Shown: positions 9,655-20,800 of the stretch, piece by piece
Layout of the letters: each line of letters starts with the position of its first letter
Numbering within the stretch: the first letter of the stretch is position 1
NCBI GenBank assembly: GCA_963796105.1
Contig: CAWCKJ010000003.1
Span: forward strand, 448,001-512,000
From: a candidate division FCPU426 bacterium
GTDB lineage: Bacteria; Oederibacteriota; Muellerivitia; Muellerivitales; Muellerivitaceae
Length of the DNA stretch: 64,000 bases
Reading direction: 5' to 3'
Program-made: the position numbers and the translations under genes
The notes under the pieces: model-generated
What the model saw: the letters and a program-made list of their open reading frames with translations, nothing else
Database searches by the model: none
Told to the model about the DNA's origin: nothing

Positions 9655-10614
9655 CTAGATTTTTTCTTGGTTATTTTTAGGATTGGATAGAAGATGCCAC
9701 TCAACTAGAATCGGACTCGCGACAAAAACAGACGAATATGTACCTACAATAACACCCGCCTGAAGGGTCCAAGCAAAATCTTTTAAAGTGTCGCCTCCTA
9801 TGAGGCAAAGAGGTAATAGGGTTAAAAAAACAGTCAAACTAGTATTAATTGTTCTGCTCAATGTTTCATTAACGCTTAAATTAACTAAACCAGTGAAAGT
9901 TTCATCTTTTAATAGAAGTTTCAAATTTTCCCGGATTCTGTCAAAATTAACGACAGTATCATTCAAGGAATAACCAGCAAGAGTTAAAAGTGCCGTCACC
10001 TGAAGTAGGTTAAATTCTTTTCCAGTCAATATTATAAAAGCCATGACTACAAGAATATCATGAAATGTACAAATAATAGCTGCCACACCAAATCGAAAAT
10101 CAAATCTCCAAGCAATGTAAATCAAAATCCCAATCATGGCGATCATGAAAGCTTTTGTAGCGTCATCCCTCAGTTTTTGGGAAACCGCGGGACCAACTTC
10201 ATCACTTCCATCTAAAGAAAAATGGTCATTAGAAAATGATTTGTTAAATAAATCTAATATTTCCGCCCCGATACTACCAACTGCTTTTGTGGGATCATGT
10301 TTTATTTTTATAATGAAACGAAAAATTTTCGAATCGTTATCATTTACTTGCTGTATTTGGGCTTCTTGAAATCCGTCAACTTTCAAAACTTGACGAATTT
10401 TATCAATCCCAACATTAGTTGATGATGACATCCGGAGAAGAACACCAGCTCCAAAATCGGTTCCGAGATTGGCTTTTCCTTGTGACAACAAGTAACAAGC
10501 ATAAATACCAGCTAAACAAGCAAAAGCTGAAAGTGACATGAAAATTCGTCTTGGTTTCATAAAGTTGATTTTAGGTTCATTAAACCATTGGATCATGTAA
10601 AGCCTTCCAAACAT
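9655..10614 (-). CDS. secF: Protein translocase subunit SecF
   Basis: LGTDFGAG, EVGPAVS, YIAWRF, HDILV, GYSLNDTVVNFDRIREN, TLSRTINTS. Confidence 0.96.
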   Translation of the reverse strand: MFGRLYMIQWFNEPKINFMKPRRIFMSLSAFACLAGIYACYLLSQGKANLGTDFGAGVLLRMSSSTNVGIDKIRQVLKVDGFQEAQIQQVNDNDSKIFRFIIKIKHDPTKAVGSIGAEILDLFNKSFSNDHFSLDGSDEVGPAVSQKLRDDATKAFMIAMIGILIYIAWRFDFRFGVAAIICTFHDILVVMAFIILTGKEFNLLQVTALLTLAGYSLNDTVVNFDRIRENLKLLLKDETFTGLVNLSVNETLSRTINTSLTVFLTLLPLCLIGGDTLKDFAWTLQAGVIVGTYSSVFVASPILVEWHLLSNPKNNQEKI

Positions 10615-10663
10615 TGAGATGTATCAAAACGTCCTAATAAACATTTAAAAACTAAAAATGAAA

Positions 10664-11965
10664 TTAGATACTCAACACGTGATATTCTTTTCGAGCGTCA
10701 AAAATCATTTTTGTGATGACAACTGCAGTAAACAAACTTAATGCCACACCAAGACTTAATGTAACCGCAAAACCCTTTATCGGGCCAGTTCCAAATTGGA
10801 ATAATACTGCTGCCGATATTAATGTTGTCACATGCGTATCGATAATTGCAACTAGTGCTCTTTTATATCCTGCTTCAATAGCTGCTCGTATCGTTTTACC
10901 AGCTTTTAACTCCTCACGAATCCTTTCAAATATTAAGACATTTGAATCTACCGACAACCCGAGAGTTAAAATTATGCCAGCAATGCCTGGCAATGTAAGG
11001 GTAGCTTTTAAATATGAAAGCGCACCCACCAAATAAACCATGTTTACAATTAAACCCATGTTCGCTATAAAACCAGAAACCCGGTAATAAATGGCCATAA
11101 AAAACAAAACTAATAGGAGACCATACAATGCAGCTAATGTGCCCTTTTTAACCGAATCAGACCCTAAAGTTGGACCGACCTGAAATTGACCCGTCACTTT
11201 TAATGGCGCTGGTAAGGTACCAGCCCTAAGAACTAGAGCCAGATCCCTTGATTCCTCGTCGGTAAAACTCCCTGTAATAATTCCTTTTCCACCAGGTATG
11301 CGGGTTTGTATTTCAGGAGCAGAATAAACAATTCCATCAAGAATTATGGCGAGTTGGCGATGAATATTATCACCGGTTATAATGCCAAATTTATGCCCAC
11401 CTTCTGCATTCAAGGTAAAAGCAATATAGGGACGGCCATAAGTATCTGTTTGAACCTGAGCATCCACCAATGATTCCCCGGTGAGTAGAACTTCTTCACA
11501 CAGGTATTCACGATTTTCTTTCCCTGGAAAATAGGTAATGCCTTTGGGAAGTTTTTCTTTTTCCACTTTACCATCTTTATCTAAAAAATCCGATTCGCGA
11601 AGTTTTGAGACTAAGCGAAATTCTAATTGCGCAGTTGAAAGAATAATGTCTCTTGCCCTTTTAATATCCGATAAGCCCGGGAGTTGAATAACAATATCAG
11701 AAATTCCTTCTCTTTCTAAAACCGGTTCGCTTACTCCTAAACCGTCTATCCGATTACGAAGAATTTCCAAAGCCCGATCGGCAGCATCGGATATTTCCTG
11801 ATCGGTCTTTCCCTGAATTTTGTCCCTGTCAACCTCCAGGTTTAAATGCAATCCCCCACGAATATCTAAACCCAATTTGAGTTTTTGTGAAGGAGGATAG
11901 GTCCCATAAACACAAACCCCAATAAGGGCAATTACTATTAATGCCATCCATTTTTGAAAATTCAC
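10664..11965 (-). CDS. secD: Protein translocase subunit SecD
   Basis: KLGLDIRGG, RIDGLGVSEP, LRAGTLPAP, VGPTLG, VDSNVLIFERIREE, GPIKGFAVTL. Confidence 0.96.
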   Translation of the reverse strand: MNFQKWMALIVIALIGVCVYGTYPPSQKLKLGLDIRGGLHLNLEVDRDKIQGKTDQEISDAADRALEILRNRIDGLGVSEPVLEREGISDIVIQLPGLSDIKRARDIILSTAQLEFRLVSKLRESDFLDKDGKVEKEKLPKGITYFPGKENREYLCEEVLLTGESLVDAQVQTDTYGRPYIAFTLNAEGGHKFGIITGDNIHRQLAIILDGIVYSAPEIQTRIPGGKGIITGSFTDEESRDLALVLRAGTLPAPLKVTGQFQVGPTLGSDSVKKGTLAALYGLLLVLFFMAIYYRVSGFIANMGLIVNMVYLVGALSYLKATLTLPGIAGIILTLGLSVDSNVLIFERIREELKAGKTIRAAIEAGYKRALVAIIDTHVTTLISAAVLFQFGTGPIKGFAVTLSLGVALSLFTAVVITKMIFDARKEYHVLSI

Positions 11966-12121
11966 AAACTACCTTTCGATCATAATATTAAATACAAGCC
12001 ACCGTTTTTGCCGAATCGGCGAAAGTGAATAAATTTAAGAGAATTATTAAAACCGACGCAGTATAAAGAAAAAATCAACTTCCTGCAACGATTTACTAAT
12101 TCAGTAAGTTAATATCATTAA

Positions 12122-12451
12122 TCAGATGTTAAGAATTTCTTGAATTTCTTCGACTAGTTTAGTCTTTGGGTGGGCCCCAACAAGCTGTTTAACCATTTGT
12201 CCGTTTTTAAAAAACAATAATGTTGGAATACTTCTAATATGAAAATCAATTGAGACTTGCTGATTTTCATCCACATTTACTTTAGCAATTTTAATTTTTC
12301 CTTCATACTCCTTTGCCAACTCATCCAGCAAAGGTGAGACCAACCTGCATGGGCCACACCATTCCGCCCAAAAATCAACCAGAACTGGTATTTTAGAATC
12401 CATTACATCATTTTTAAAATTTGCATCAGTTGTGTGAACGGTGTTTCCCAT
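12122..12451 (-). CDS. trxA: Thioredoxin
   Basis: VLVDFWAEWCGPC, IRSIPTL; likely ATG at 12451 after GAGGAAG. Confidence 0.96.
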   Translation of the reverse strand: MGNTVHTTDANFKNDVMDSKIPVLVDFWAEWCGPCRLVSPLLDELAKEYEGKIKIAKVNVDENQQVSIDFHIRSIPTLLFFKNGQMVKQLVGAHPKTKLVEEIQEILNI

Positions 12452-12760
12452 AACTTCCTCCGCCTTTTCGAATTCCATATCAGTTATATTAAAATTATCA
12501 ATCAAAAGTCTAAGTTTCGCTCCATTGAGTGTCAAGGACAGATAATTGTTTGTTGATATAAAATTTAAGCATTATCCCTTTGGATGTAATATTCTCGAGA
12601 CCCTAGCTTCATAATATTAAACAAAAATTTTACTAAACCTTTAATCGTTTTCGGATTTCAATATTTTGTTGGATTTGATCAAGAAAAAACGCCAACTCAC
12701 AAGAACCAGCAATTCGAAAAATAAATATCACAGCACAATTATGTTTAGAAATATTATTTT

Positions 12761-15700
12761 TCAGGGCAAGGCTAATAATTTGTAAATCTTTTGAATTTTT
12801 CTATTGGTAGCACTTATTTCTATTCTAAGATAGTATAATCCTCCAGCCACTTTTCCGCCGTCACGATCATGAAAATCCCAATATATAAAAGAATTTCCAT
12901 TTGAAAGACCACCTCCCCATGCAATTTTCCTGAAAGCAGTCGTAAAAACAGACCATTCGACGGTATAGGAATCAGAATAATAAATTTTTACGGTTACTGG
13001 TCTTGTTCCATCACCAGGATTTGGATAGGGTCGCGAAATTGAAATAGACTCGGATTTTGGCGTGAGGATTAATGTAGGCGTATTGGTCAATGTAATTGCA
13101 AAAGTTTTTGTTGCAGTATATGTCGGTGTATTTGTATAGGTATCAACATAAGTGTTTGTTGAGGTAAATGTAGTTGAAGGAGTTTGAGAGGGTGCAAAAG
13201 TGAAGGTATAAGTCGGAGAATAAGTCATTGTACTTGTTGAATTACCTGTCGGGGTATTGGTGGATTTAGGCGTTGATGTTAGTGTCGGTGTAATGGTGGG
13301 GGTGGAAGTCGGAGTGCTGGTGGAAGTAGAGGTGTTGGTTAAGGTAAGGGTTGGTGTCATCGTAGAAGTCGGCGTGGATATATTCGTTGGCGTAAAGGTG
13401 TGTGTAGAAGTCGATGAAGGCGTAAGAGTTATTGTTAGCATCGGTGTCGGAGTATTGGTGGATGTGTTGGTCTGAGTATTCGTGGAAGTGGACGTGAAAG
13501 TCATAGTTGGGGTACTGGTGGTCGTATTCGTGGGCGCCTGAGTCTCTGTAGGTGTATTCGTAAGGGTAGGCGTAATGGACGAGGTGGGGGTATTGGTGGG
13601 CGTAGAAGTCGGGGTATTGGTTGGGGTAGAAGTAGGAGTATTCGTCGGTGTTGGGGTGGAGGTTACCGTAGGAGAAGGAGTTGGTATGGGTGTTGGAGTC
13701 CCACTAGGAGTGGAAGTCGGCATCGGTGTGGGAGTTTTAGTGGATGTGGGTATTGGGGTATTACTGGATGTGGATGTCGGAGTATTCGTGGGCGAGGGTG
13801 TGGGGGTCACGGTTGGTGTGTCAGTAGGTGTCGATGTCAGGGTCTTGGTCGGGGTGATAGTGGGCGTATTGGTGGGCGACTGGGTTCCGGTCGGCGTATT
13901 CGTGGCTGTGAGAATAATGGTAGGTGTGGGTGTCATAGTGGGTGTGGGAGTAGTCGTTGGCGTTGGAGTCGGCGTTCTCGTTAGGGAAAGGGTTGGCGTA
14001 TTCGTAGGTGTTGGAGTTGGTGTAGTTGTTTGAGTGGGGGTCGGAGTATTCGTAGGCGTGGAGGTACTGGTAGGTGTCGAGGTTGATGTTATCGTAGGAG
14101 TATTGGTCGGAGTCGGTGTGGAAGTCCTAGTCGGTGTGGTAGTTGGCGTATTGGTTGTTGTGGGCGTATGCGTTGGAGTCGGGGTAGTCGTTAGAGTGGG
14201 AGTCGTAGTATTCGTAGGCGTAGAGGTAATGGTAGGTGTCGGGGTTGAGGTCATCGTAGGAGTATTAGTCGGAGTTGGTGTGGAAGTCCTGGTCGAGGTG
14301 GGGGTCGGTGTGGTAGTTGGCGTATTGGTTGGGGTGGGCGAATGTGTTGGCGTATTCGTAGGTGTTGGAGTTGGTGTGGTTGTTGAAGTGAGAGTCGGAG
14401 TATTCGTAGGTGTAGAGGTAATGGTAGGTGTCGGGGTTGAGGTCATCGTAGGAGTATTAGTCGGAGTTGGTGTGGGAGTCCTGGTCGAGGTGGGGGTCGG
14501 TGTGGTAGTTGGCGTATTGGTTGGGGTGGGCGAATGTGTTGGTGTATTCGTAGGTGTTGGAGTTGGTGTGGTTGTTGAAGTGAGAGTCGGAGTATTCGTT
14601 GGCGTGGGGGTAATGGTAGGTGTCGGGGTTGGGGTCCTCGTAGAAGTATTGGTCGGAGTCGGCGTGGGAGTCCTGGTCGGGGTGGTAGTTGGCGTATTGG
14701 TTGGGGTGAGCGAATGCGTTGGCGTATTCGAAGGTGTTGGAGTTGGTGTGGTTGTTTGAGTGGGAGTCGGAGTATTGGTCGGGGTCGAAGTTGGAGTATT
14801 GGTATAGGTAAGGGAAGGCGTCGTCGTAGGAGTGGGCGTGGATGTATTCGACGGCGTCTTGGTTGACGTGGAAGTGGGCGTCGGTGTGGGAGTTTTAGTG
14901 GGCGTGGGTGTTGGGGTATTGCTGGATGTGGACGTCGGAGTATTCGTAGGCGTGAGGGTAATGGTAGGTGTCAAGGTTGGGGTTGTCGTAGAAATATTGG
15001 TCGGAGTCGGCGTGGGAGTCCTGGTCGGGGTGGCGGTCGGGGTGTTCGTAGGGGTCGATGTAGAAGTCCTGGTGGGGGTAGGTGTTGGTGTCGTGGTAGA
15101 CGTCGGGGTTCTTGTGGCAGTTAGTGTTAGTGTGGGAGTAGATGTTCGCGTATAAGTGTTTGTCGCTGAACTCGTTATTGTATTGGTTAGAGTTCGGGTG
15201 GCCGTGAAAGTGTTGCTAGAGGTGATAGTCGGAGTACTTGTGAATGTTCGGGTTGGTGTTATCGTTGTGGTACGGGTTGCTGTGGAAGTAAAAGTAGATG
15301 TTGAAGGGCAGTTTAAAATAGCCGTTCGAGTGGGACTAAGTGTAATAATAGGTGTACAGGTCGCGTTTCCACATGGCGAATTGATATCATAAGCGTGCTT
15401 TACAGCCCAAATGGTATTAGCTCGCATATAATAGGGCGCACGAATATTGGTCAACCCAGTCATCCAAGCTTCTGGGGTTCGAAACCACATTTGCCCAGTA
15501 TTCCAAATGCTGTTGTATAGACTGTTCCCGATGGAAACAGCCTGGGTGAACATTCCTTCCTGAATCATCCCAGCCACTGCTCCCCAGGTCGTACCTACCC
15601 AGACTTCCTCACCCTGCGAGGTGCTGGTGTCAGCTGTTCCGCTGGTGGTCATGACGTTGACAGCGCCATGCGCTCCCGAATCGAATTTGGCCCAATTGTT

Positions 15701-17704
15701 ATCATGCACAACCTGCCAGGCACTGACAGCGTGCGCGGCAGGCACGACATCCCCAAGCCCACAAGCTTTGGCGTACCATTCCCCGCATAACTGATCAGTC
15801 ATGATTCTCGCAACCCCGGTGACCCCTCCTGCACCGCTTCCAGTGTCGATGTTGTAATAATTACCGGTCGAATTCCAGAGGTTCGTTTCAAAGTCGGATT
15901 GGCCGAGTGTAAGCCAGGATTGGTAAGTGTTGGTCAGACTGGTGTTCCCTTCTGAAATTGCGATTTGCAGGGCCGCCTCGCAGGCCGCCAAATAAAGGCT
16001 TCCGCAATAGGCGGTTTCTCCTGTCAGGCCCAGGTTGTCGTAGGTTTGGTCGATGCCATTTGATATGGGAAGGTTATAGGTAACACCGCTCGAAATGCAT
16101 TGGCTATGCACCTTATTCATGGATACCTGAATAGCGGGCCAGCAGTAATTCAAAAAGGTCGAATCGCTTTTGCCAGTGATTTCCCAGGCCCTGTATGCCA
16201 TTAAAACCAATTTTGAGTTTAAATCTTTCCAAGTGGTGGAATCCCGGTAAGTATAGTCATTCCACGCTGTAAAGACGTCGTTCAAGCCCCCTATATCGTG
16301 AGCGCAAGTGCCGATAGCCGCGGGCCTTGGCAGTGCCTGAGCACCTGCCACCTGGGTAACGCTGTCGCAAAACTGTTCGATTTCTTGTTTGTCAATATTG
16401 GGCCAGTTCATTGCCAAGGCCCAGGAGCTGTAAAAACGCACATCCGAAGTTCCATAGGTGGAATAGGCATAACATTCCAGGCTGCTGAACATGTCCGGGC
16501 CGCTGTCATACATGGCGGAACCGTACTGACCAGCCTCCCAGAGCGTTCCAGCAACGACATAGTAATAAAGCTCGTTGAATAGCATCTGCTTATACCAATC
16601 TGGATAAGGCCCTGAAAGAATACCGCTTTGCCATGAATCTATAGAAGATTCCCAGGTCGTATAATTATTCAGGGCGTCATTGGCGATGGAGAAGGAATTC
16701 AGGCCTGTTTTTCCGTAAGGGCGAGTGTACTCCCGATACCATTGGGCGCCCGTTCCTGGCTTGGCCAGAGGAATATCCCAAGCCAAGACGATGGGAATTT
16801 TAACTGATTGTCCAGGCGATAGGGTGACCTTGATTGCAATTCCACCGATGGTATTGGAACCCACTGAATCGTTCAGGAGGCCAGCTGATCCGAATGCTGT
16901 TTCAAGGGTGCTTACCGCCGTAGCGGATTCATAGGTCACAGTTACACCCGTTGAGGACTGTGTAGCTAGAGCAAATTCACCCTGGGTAGAAGTAGTAGCA
17001 TTCCCGTTATTTCTAGTCAGGATCAAACCTGTATTGTTTCCAGATGTAGTCACTGCCGCATTGGTACCTCCAAAGGTATTATCCCAAGTCAACATGATTG
17101 CCACGTCTGTTGATGTGCAAGTGTTATTGGAAATATCCCATTCATAAATACCTTCTGGAAAACTGCTTCTTGTGTAATCGCCCGGAATGAGCGGTGAAAA
17201 TTGTGTAACTCTTGCTTTGCAGGGAAAATCAGAACCGGCGTAGTCAACCCAAGACTTTGGATATAAGGAATAATAGGTGGCCTGTCCAGTACCCAGGGCT
17301 GTGCCATTTAGACGATAGGTAACCGCAGATTGTCCTGAAGGTTTTTGGTACATATAAAAATGGCAATTACTGTCAACCGAATAGGGAGCGTTATTAGTCC
17401 ATGTTGTGGGTGCGTTAGCAACATTTAGACGTTGTAGGTAAAAATCACCTGTAAAATTCCACGTATAAGAGCCTGCCCCAAATCCGCCTGCAGGAGACCC
17501 GTCAAGATAACCACCAGCGTTAATATCACGACTCCAAGCTTGAGAAGGAATATTTGTTGCTGAAAAACCAGGAATATAAATTAAATAAAAAAGCAGAACC
17601 ACTAATAACCTAAATGGTATTGGCAAATAAGAATTTCGAAAATTAAAAATAAGATTGAGAAACATCAAAGCATAACCACTCCAATTTGAAATAGCCGAAA
17701 GCAA
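12761..17704 (-). CDS. Secreted GH116 beta-glucosidase-like protein + Thr/Pro stalk + T9SS-CTD-like domain
   Basis: [52 protein letters not shown] (GH116 motifs); long TxTx stalk; C-terminal PYPNP...WD...[10 protein letters not shown]. True start uncertain. Confidence 0.85.
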   Translation of the reverse strand: MLSAISNWSGYALMFLNLIFNFRNSYLPIPFRLLVVLLFYLIYIPGFSATNIPSQAWSRDINAGGYLDGSPAGGFGAGSYTWNFTGDFYLQRLNVANAPTTWTNNAPYSVDSNCHFYMYQKPSGQSAVTYRLNGTALGTGQATYYSLYPKSWVDYAGSDFPCKARVTQFSPLIPGDYTRSSFPEGIYEWDISNNTCTSTDVAIMLTWDNTFGGTNAAVTTSGNNTGLILTRNNGNATTSTQGEFALATQSSTGVTVTYESATAVSTLETAFGSAGLLNDSVGSNTIGGIAIKVTLSPGQSVKIPIVLAWDIPLAKPGTGAQWYREYTRPYGKTGLNSFSIANDALNNYTTWESSIDSWQSGILSGPYPDWYKQMLFNELYYYVVAGTLWEAGQYGSAMYDSGPDMFSSLECYAYSTYGTSDVRFYSSWALAMNWPNIDKQEIEQFCDSVTQVAGAQALPRPAAIGTCAHDIGGLNDVFTAWNDYTYRDSTTWKDLNSKLVLMAYRAWEITGKSDSTFLNYCWPAIQVSMNKVHSQCISSGVTYNLPISNGIDQTYDNLGLTGETAYCGSLYLAACEAALQIAISEGNTSLTNTYQSWLTLGQSDFETNLWNSTGNYYNIDTGSGAGGVTGVARIMTDQLCGEWYAKACGLGDVVPAAHAVSAWQVVHDNNWAKFDSGAHGAVNVMTTSGTADTSTSQGEEVWVGTTWGAVAGMIQEGMFTQAVSIGNSLYNSIWNTGQMWFRTPEAWMTGLTNIRAPYYMRANTIWAVKHAYDINSPCGNATCTPIITLSPTRTAILNCPSTSTFTSTATRTTTITPTRTFTSTPTITSSNTFTATRTLTNTITSSATNTYTRTSTPTLTLTATRTPTSTTTPTPTPTRTSTSTPTNTPTATPTRTPTPTPTNISTTTPTLTPTITLTPTNTPTSTSSNTPTPTPTKTPTPTPTSTSTKTPSNTSTPTPTTTPSLTYTNTPTSTPTNTPTPTQTTTPTPTPSNTPTHSLTPTNTPTTTPTRTPTPTPTNTSTRTPTPTPTITPTPTNTPTLTSTTTPTPTPTNTPTHSPTPTNTPTTTPTPTSTRTPTPTPTNTPTMTSTPTPTITSTPTNTPTLTSTTTPTPTPTNTPTHSPTPTNTPTTTPTPTSTRTSTPTPTNTPTMTSTPTPTITSTPTNTTTPTLTTTPTPTHTPTTTNTPTTTPTRTSTPTPTNTPTITSTSTPTSTSTPTNTPTPTQTTTPTPTPTNTPTLSLTRTPTPTPTTTPTPTMTPTPTIILTATNTPTGTQSPTNTPTITPTKTLTSTPTDTPTVTPTPSPTNTPTSTSSNTPIPTSTKTPTPMPTSTPSGTPTPIPTPSPTVTSTPTPTNTPTSTPTNTPTSTPTNTPTSSITPTLTNTPTETQAPTNTTTSTPTMTFTSTSTNTQTNTSTNTPTPMLTITLTPSSTSTHTFTPTNISTPTSTMTPTLTLTNTSTSTSTPTSTPTITPTLTSTPKSTNTPTGNSTSTMTYSPTYTFTFAPSQTPSTTFTSTNTYVDTYTNTPTYTATKTFAITLTNTPTLILTPKSESISISRPYPNPGDGTRPVTVKIYYSDSYTVEWSVFTTAFRKIAWGGGLSNGNSFIYWDFHDRDGGKVAGGLYYLRIEISATNRKIQKIYKLLALP

Positions 17705-17853
17705 TCGTTTATCTAAAATTTACCACAAAAAGGTGTTTTGAGTGGATTATCGTTGTGATGAAACCGGTTTTATTGGCTGAAAGAAGTTATTAAACCTAAC
17801 TAACACCTTAAACAGCTTTTTAGCACCATGATTTAAGCAAAATATTTTTCTAA

Positions 17854-20800
17854 TTATTGTTCGACAAGAATCTTTAACGTTTGCTTGGCGATGATTTTCC
17901 CGGTGAGATCCTTCTGTTCCACCTTGGCGATGTAGAGCCCGCTTGAGATTCCTGCGGCATTCCAGGTCACCCTGCTTGTTCCTCCCGCGCCTTTCAGCTC
18001 CGTCACCAGCTCTCCCGCCAGGTCATAGATCCTCACCGTCAGGTTGATCCCAAGATTTGAGGCCTGGAACTCCACTTGGCTGAATCCGGAAGTTAAGGGG
18101 TTCGGATAGGCCCAGACTTTCGGTACCGTCTGTTTCGGATTGTTCAACACCATCACCGATGTCACGATCACCGTCTCCCCGCCTTTTCCGTCGGTGGAGT
18201 GCACCTCGATGAAGTATTTCCCGTTCGGCACCACCGCCCCGCTTGAGGAATATCCCGTCCAAGTGGCCGTCACGCCGTTATTGGTCGTAATGATCAGGTT
18301 CCCATCCGTCGGTGATCCCGGCTCCAAAACCGTCCCTGACAGCTTCACCCCTGTGATCACCGTCCCTTGTGGGTCCTCCACCACGCTGTAGAGCGTGTCC
18401 ACGATCTCTCCAGCCTCGTTGTAGATGTCGATCGTCACCTTCTCCAACGACCTGCTCACCACCACGTTCAATACCACGCTCTTATCCACCCCGAAGGAAT
18501 CGACATTGTCCACTTTCACGTAATAATCACCATTGGGCACCGGGTTCCCGTTCTGGTCCGTCCCGTTCCACACCGTGATCTGGGTATTCTGGTCATATAT
18601 CAGGATGGGGTCATTCAGCCCATTAATCAGGTCCCCGTTCTTCAACTGCAGGTCCACCAAGGGCTGGGAATATTGGGTTACCAACAGTGTCTTTACCAGT
18701 TCTCCTGCCTCGTTATATACCCCGATCTTCACCGTGTAGCTCCCTGTCACCATTAATGTGGCGCAGGAACTCAATGGTGAGATTCCCGGATAGTTTAAGA
18801 CCGCGCAGTTCACAATGGGTCCCGCGGGCGTGAAGCTGTTAATCGACACCGTATAGGTCAGTTGGTAGTTCCCTGGGGTAAGAGTGGGCAATGTCCAGTT
18901 CATCATGGTCACCCCGCCTGAAACGGTGGTTACGGCCGATGTTCCTGCTGGTGAGACCCCGAAGGCCGTGAAAGTGCAGTTGGGAGGCAGTTGGTCCTGC
19001 ACCACTACCCCGGGAGCGTTGGCGTTGGAGACATTCACATTCAAGGTATAGGTCACCATATCCCCCGAGGAACCTGTTGATTCTGACTCCTGTTTTTGCA
19101 AGGCCAATACCGCGGCAGGCGTGGGGGTGGGAGTAAAGGTCGCCGTGGGGGTAGGTGTCAGGGTATTAGTATTAGTGGGTGTATTCGTGGCTGTAAGCGT
19201 ATTCGTGGGAGTGGAAGTGTTAGTAGGCGTCCTGGTGGAAGTAGGAGTAGGCGTATTGGTAGGAGTATTGGTGTTAGTCGGGGTGTTGGTATTGGTGGGG
19301 GTATTGGTGGCCGTATAGGTGTTGGTAGGAGTAGAGGTGTTGGTAGCGGTGGGAGTATTAGTGGGCGTATTGGTGTTGGTCAGGGTATTGGTGGGAGTAG
19401 GGGTCGGGGTATTAGTTGGCGTGTTAGTGGGGCTATAGGTATTCGTGGGTGTGGAAGTCTCCGTTGGAGTGTTGGTGTTGGTGGGAGTGTTAGTGGATGT
19501 TGGAGTGGGGGTATTAGTCGGCGTGTTCGTGGGTGTGTTGGTGTTAGTGGGGGTGGAAGTGTCGGTAGGGGTATTGGTGTTTGTAAAGGTGAAAAGAGGC
19601 GTGTCAGTGGAGGTATCGGTTGGCGTAGGAGTGGGTGTTTGTGTGGGAGTAGATGTGTAAGTGGAGGTGGGAGTAATTGTAGGGGTATTAGTAGCTGTAG
19701 GTGTTGGGGTGGAAGTGGGTGTGGAAGTCGGGGTATTGGACGGAGTTGATGTCGGTGTGGGGGTTGGGGTTGGTGTCGGTGTATTCGTGGGGGTATTAGT
19801 CGGGGTGGGTGAAGACGTCAGGGTCGGAGTGACTGTAAAGGTGTTCGTGGGGGATGTTGTCCCAGTCGAGGTGTTGGTTGGGGTTGGTGTAACGGTTGGC
19901 GTGGGTGTCGGAGTGTTCGAGTGTGTACTCGTGGGGGTATTGGTAGGTGTCGGCGAGGGTGTCAGCGTTGGGGTGGGTGTCGGGGTATTTGTGGGCGTAG
20001 AGGTAGGTGTATTAGTGGGTGTAGGGGTGGATGTGGTCGTAGGAGTAGGGGTCGGGGTATTCGTCGGAGTCCTTGTGGGTGTAGAAGTCGGCGTCGGCGT
20101 GGGAGTCGTGGTAGGTGTTGGCGTCGGCGTATTGGTAGGCGTGTTCGTTGGGGTATTCGTGGACGTTGGAGTAGGTGTCACAGTCGGAGTGGGTGTAGGA
20201 GTAGACGTCGGGGTCTTGGTCGGGGTGATGGTAGGAGTATTCGTGGGAGACTGAGTTCCTGTAGGCGTATTGGTTGGAGTCGGTGTGATGGTTGGCGTGT
20301 TGGTGGGGGTCGGAGTCGGGGTTGTGGTGGGTGTAGGGGTATTCGTGGAGGTAGGAGTGGGTGTTGGTGTCCTAGTCGGAGTAGGTGTCGGGGTGGTCGT
20401 GGGGGTGGGTGTAGGCGTATTCGTAGGGGTAGGCGTCGGGGTTCTCGTTGGAGTAGGGCTCGGGGTAGTTGTAGGAGTGAGTGTAGGAGTATTCGTAGGG
20501 GTAGGGGTTGGGGTATTGGTGGGTGTAGGGGTCGGGGTGGTCGTTGGAGTGGGAGTGGGCGTCCTCGTGGGGGTTGGGGTGGGCGTATTAGTGGGTGTAG
20601 GAGTTGGTGTCGTTGTTGGAGTGGGTGTTGTCGTATTGGTAGGTGTTGGTGTCGGAGTCCTCGTAGGAGTGGATGTCGGCGTCGTGGTTGGAGTAGGCGT
20701 GGGCGTATTGGTCGGGGTGGGTGTCGGGGTATTCGTCGGCGTGGGCGTGGGAGTCGTCGTCGGGGTTGGAGTCGGGGTAGGCGTTGGCGTCCGAGTCGGT

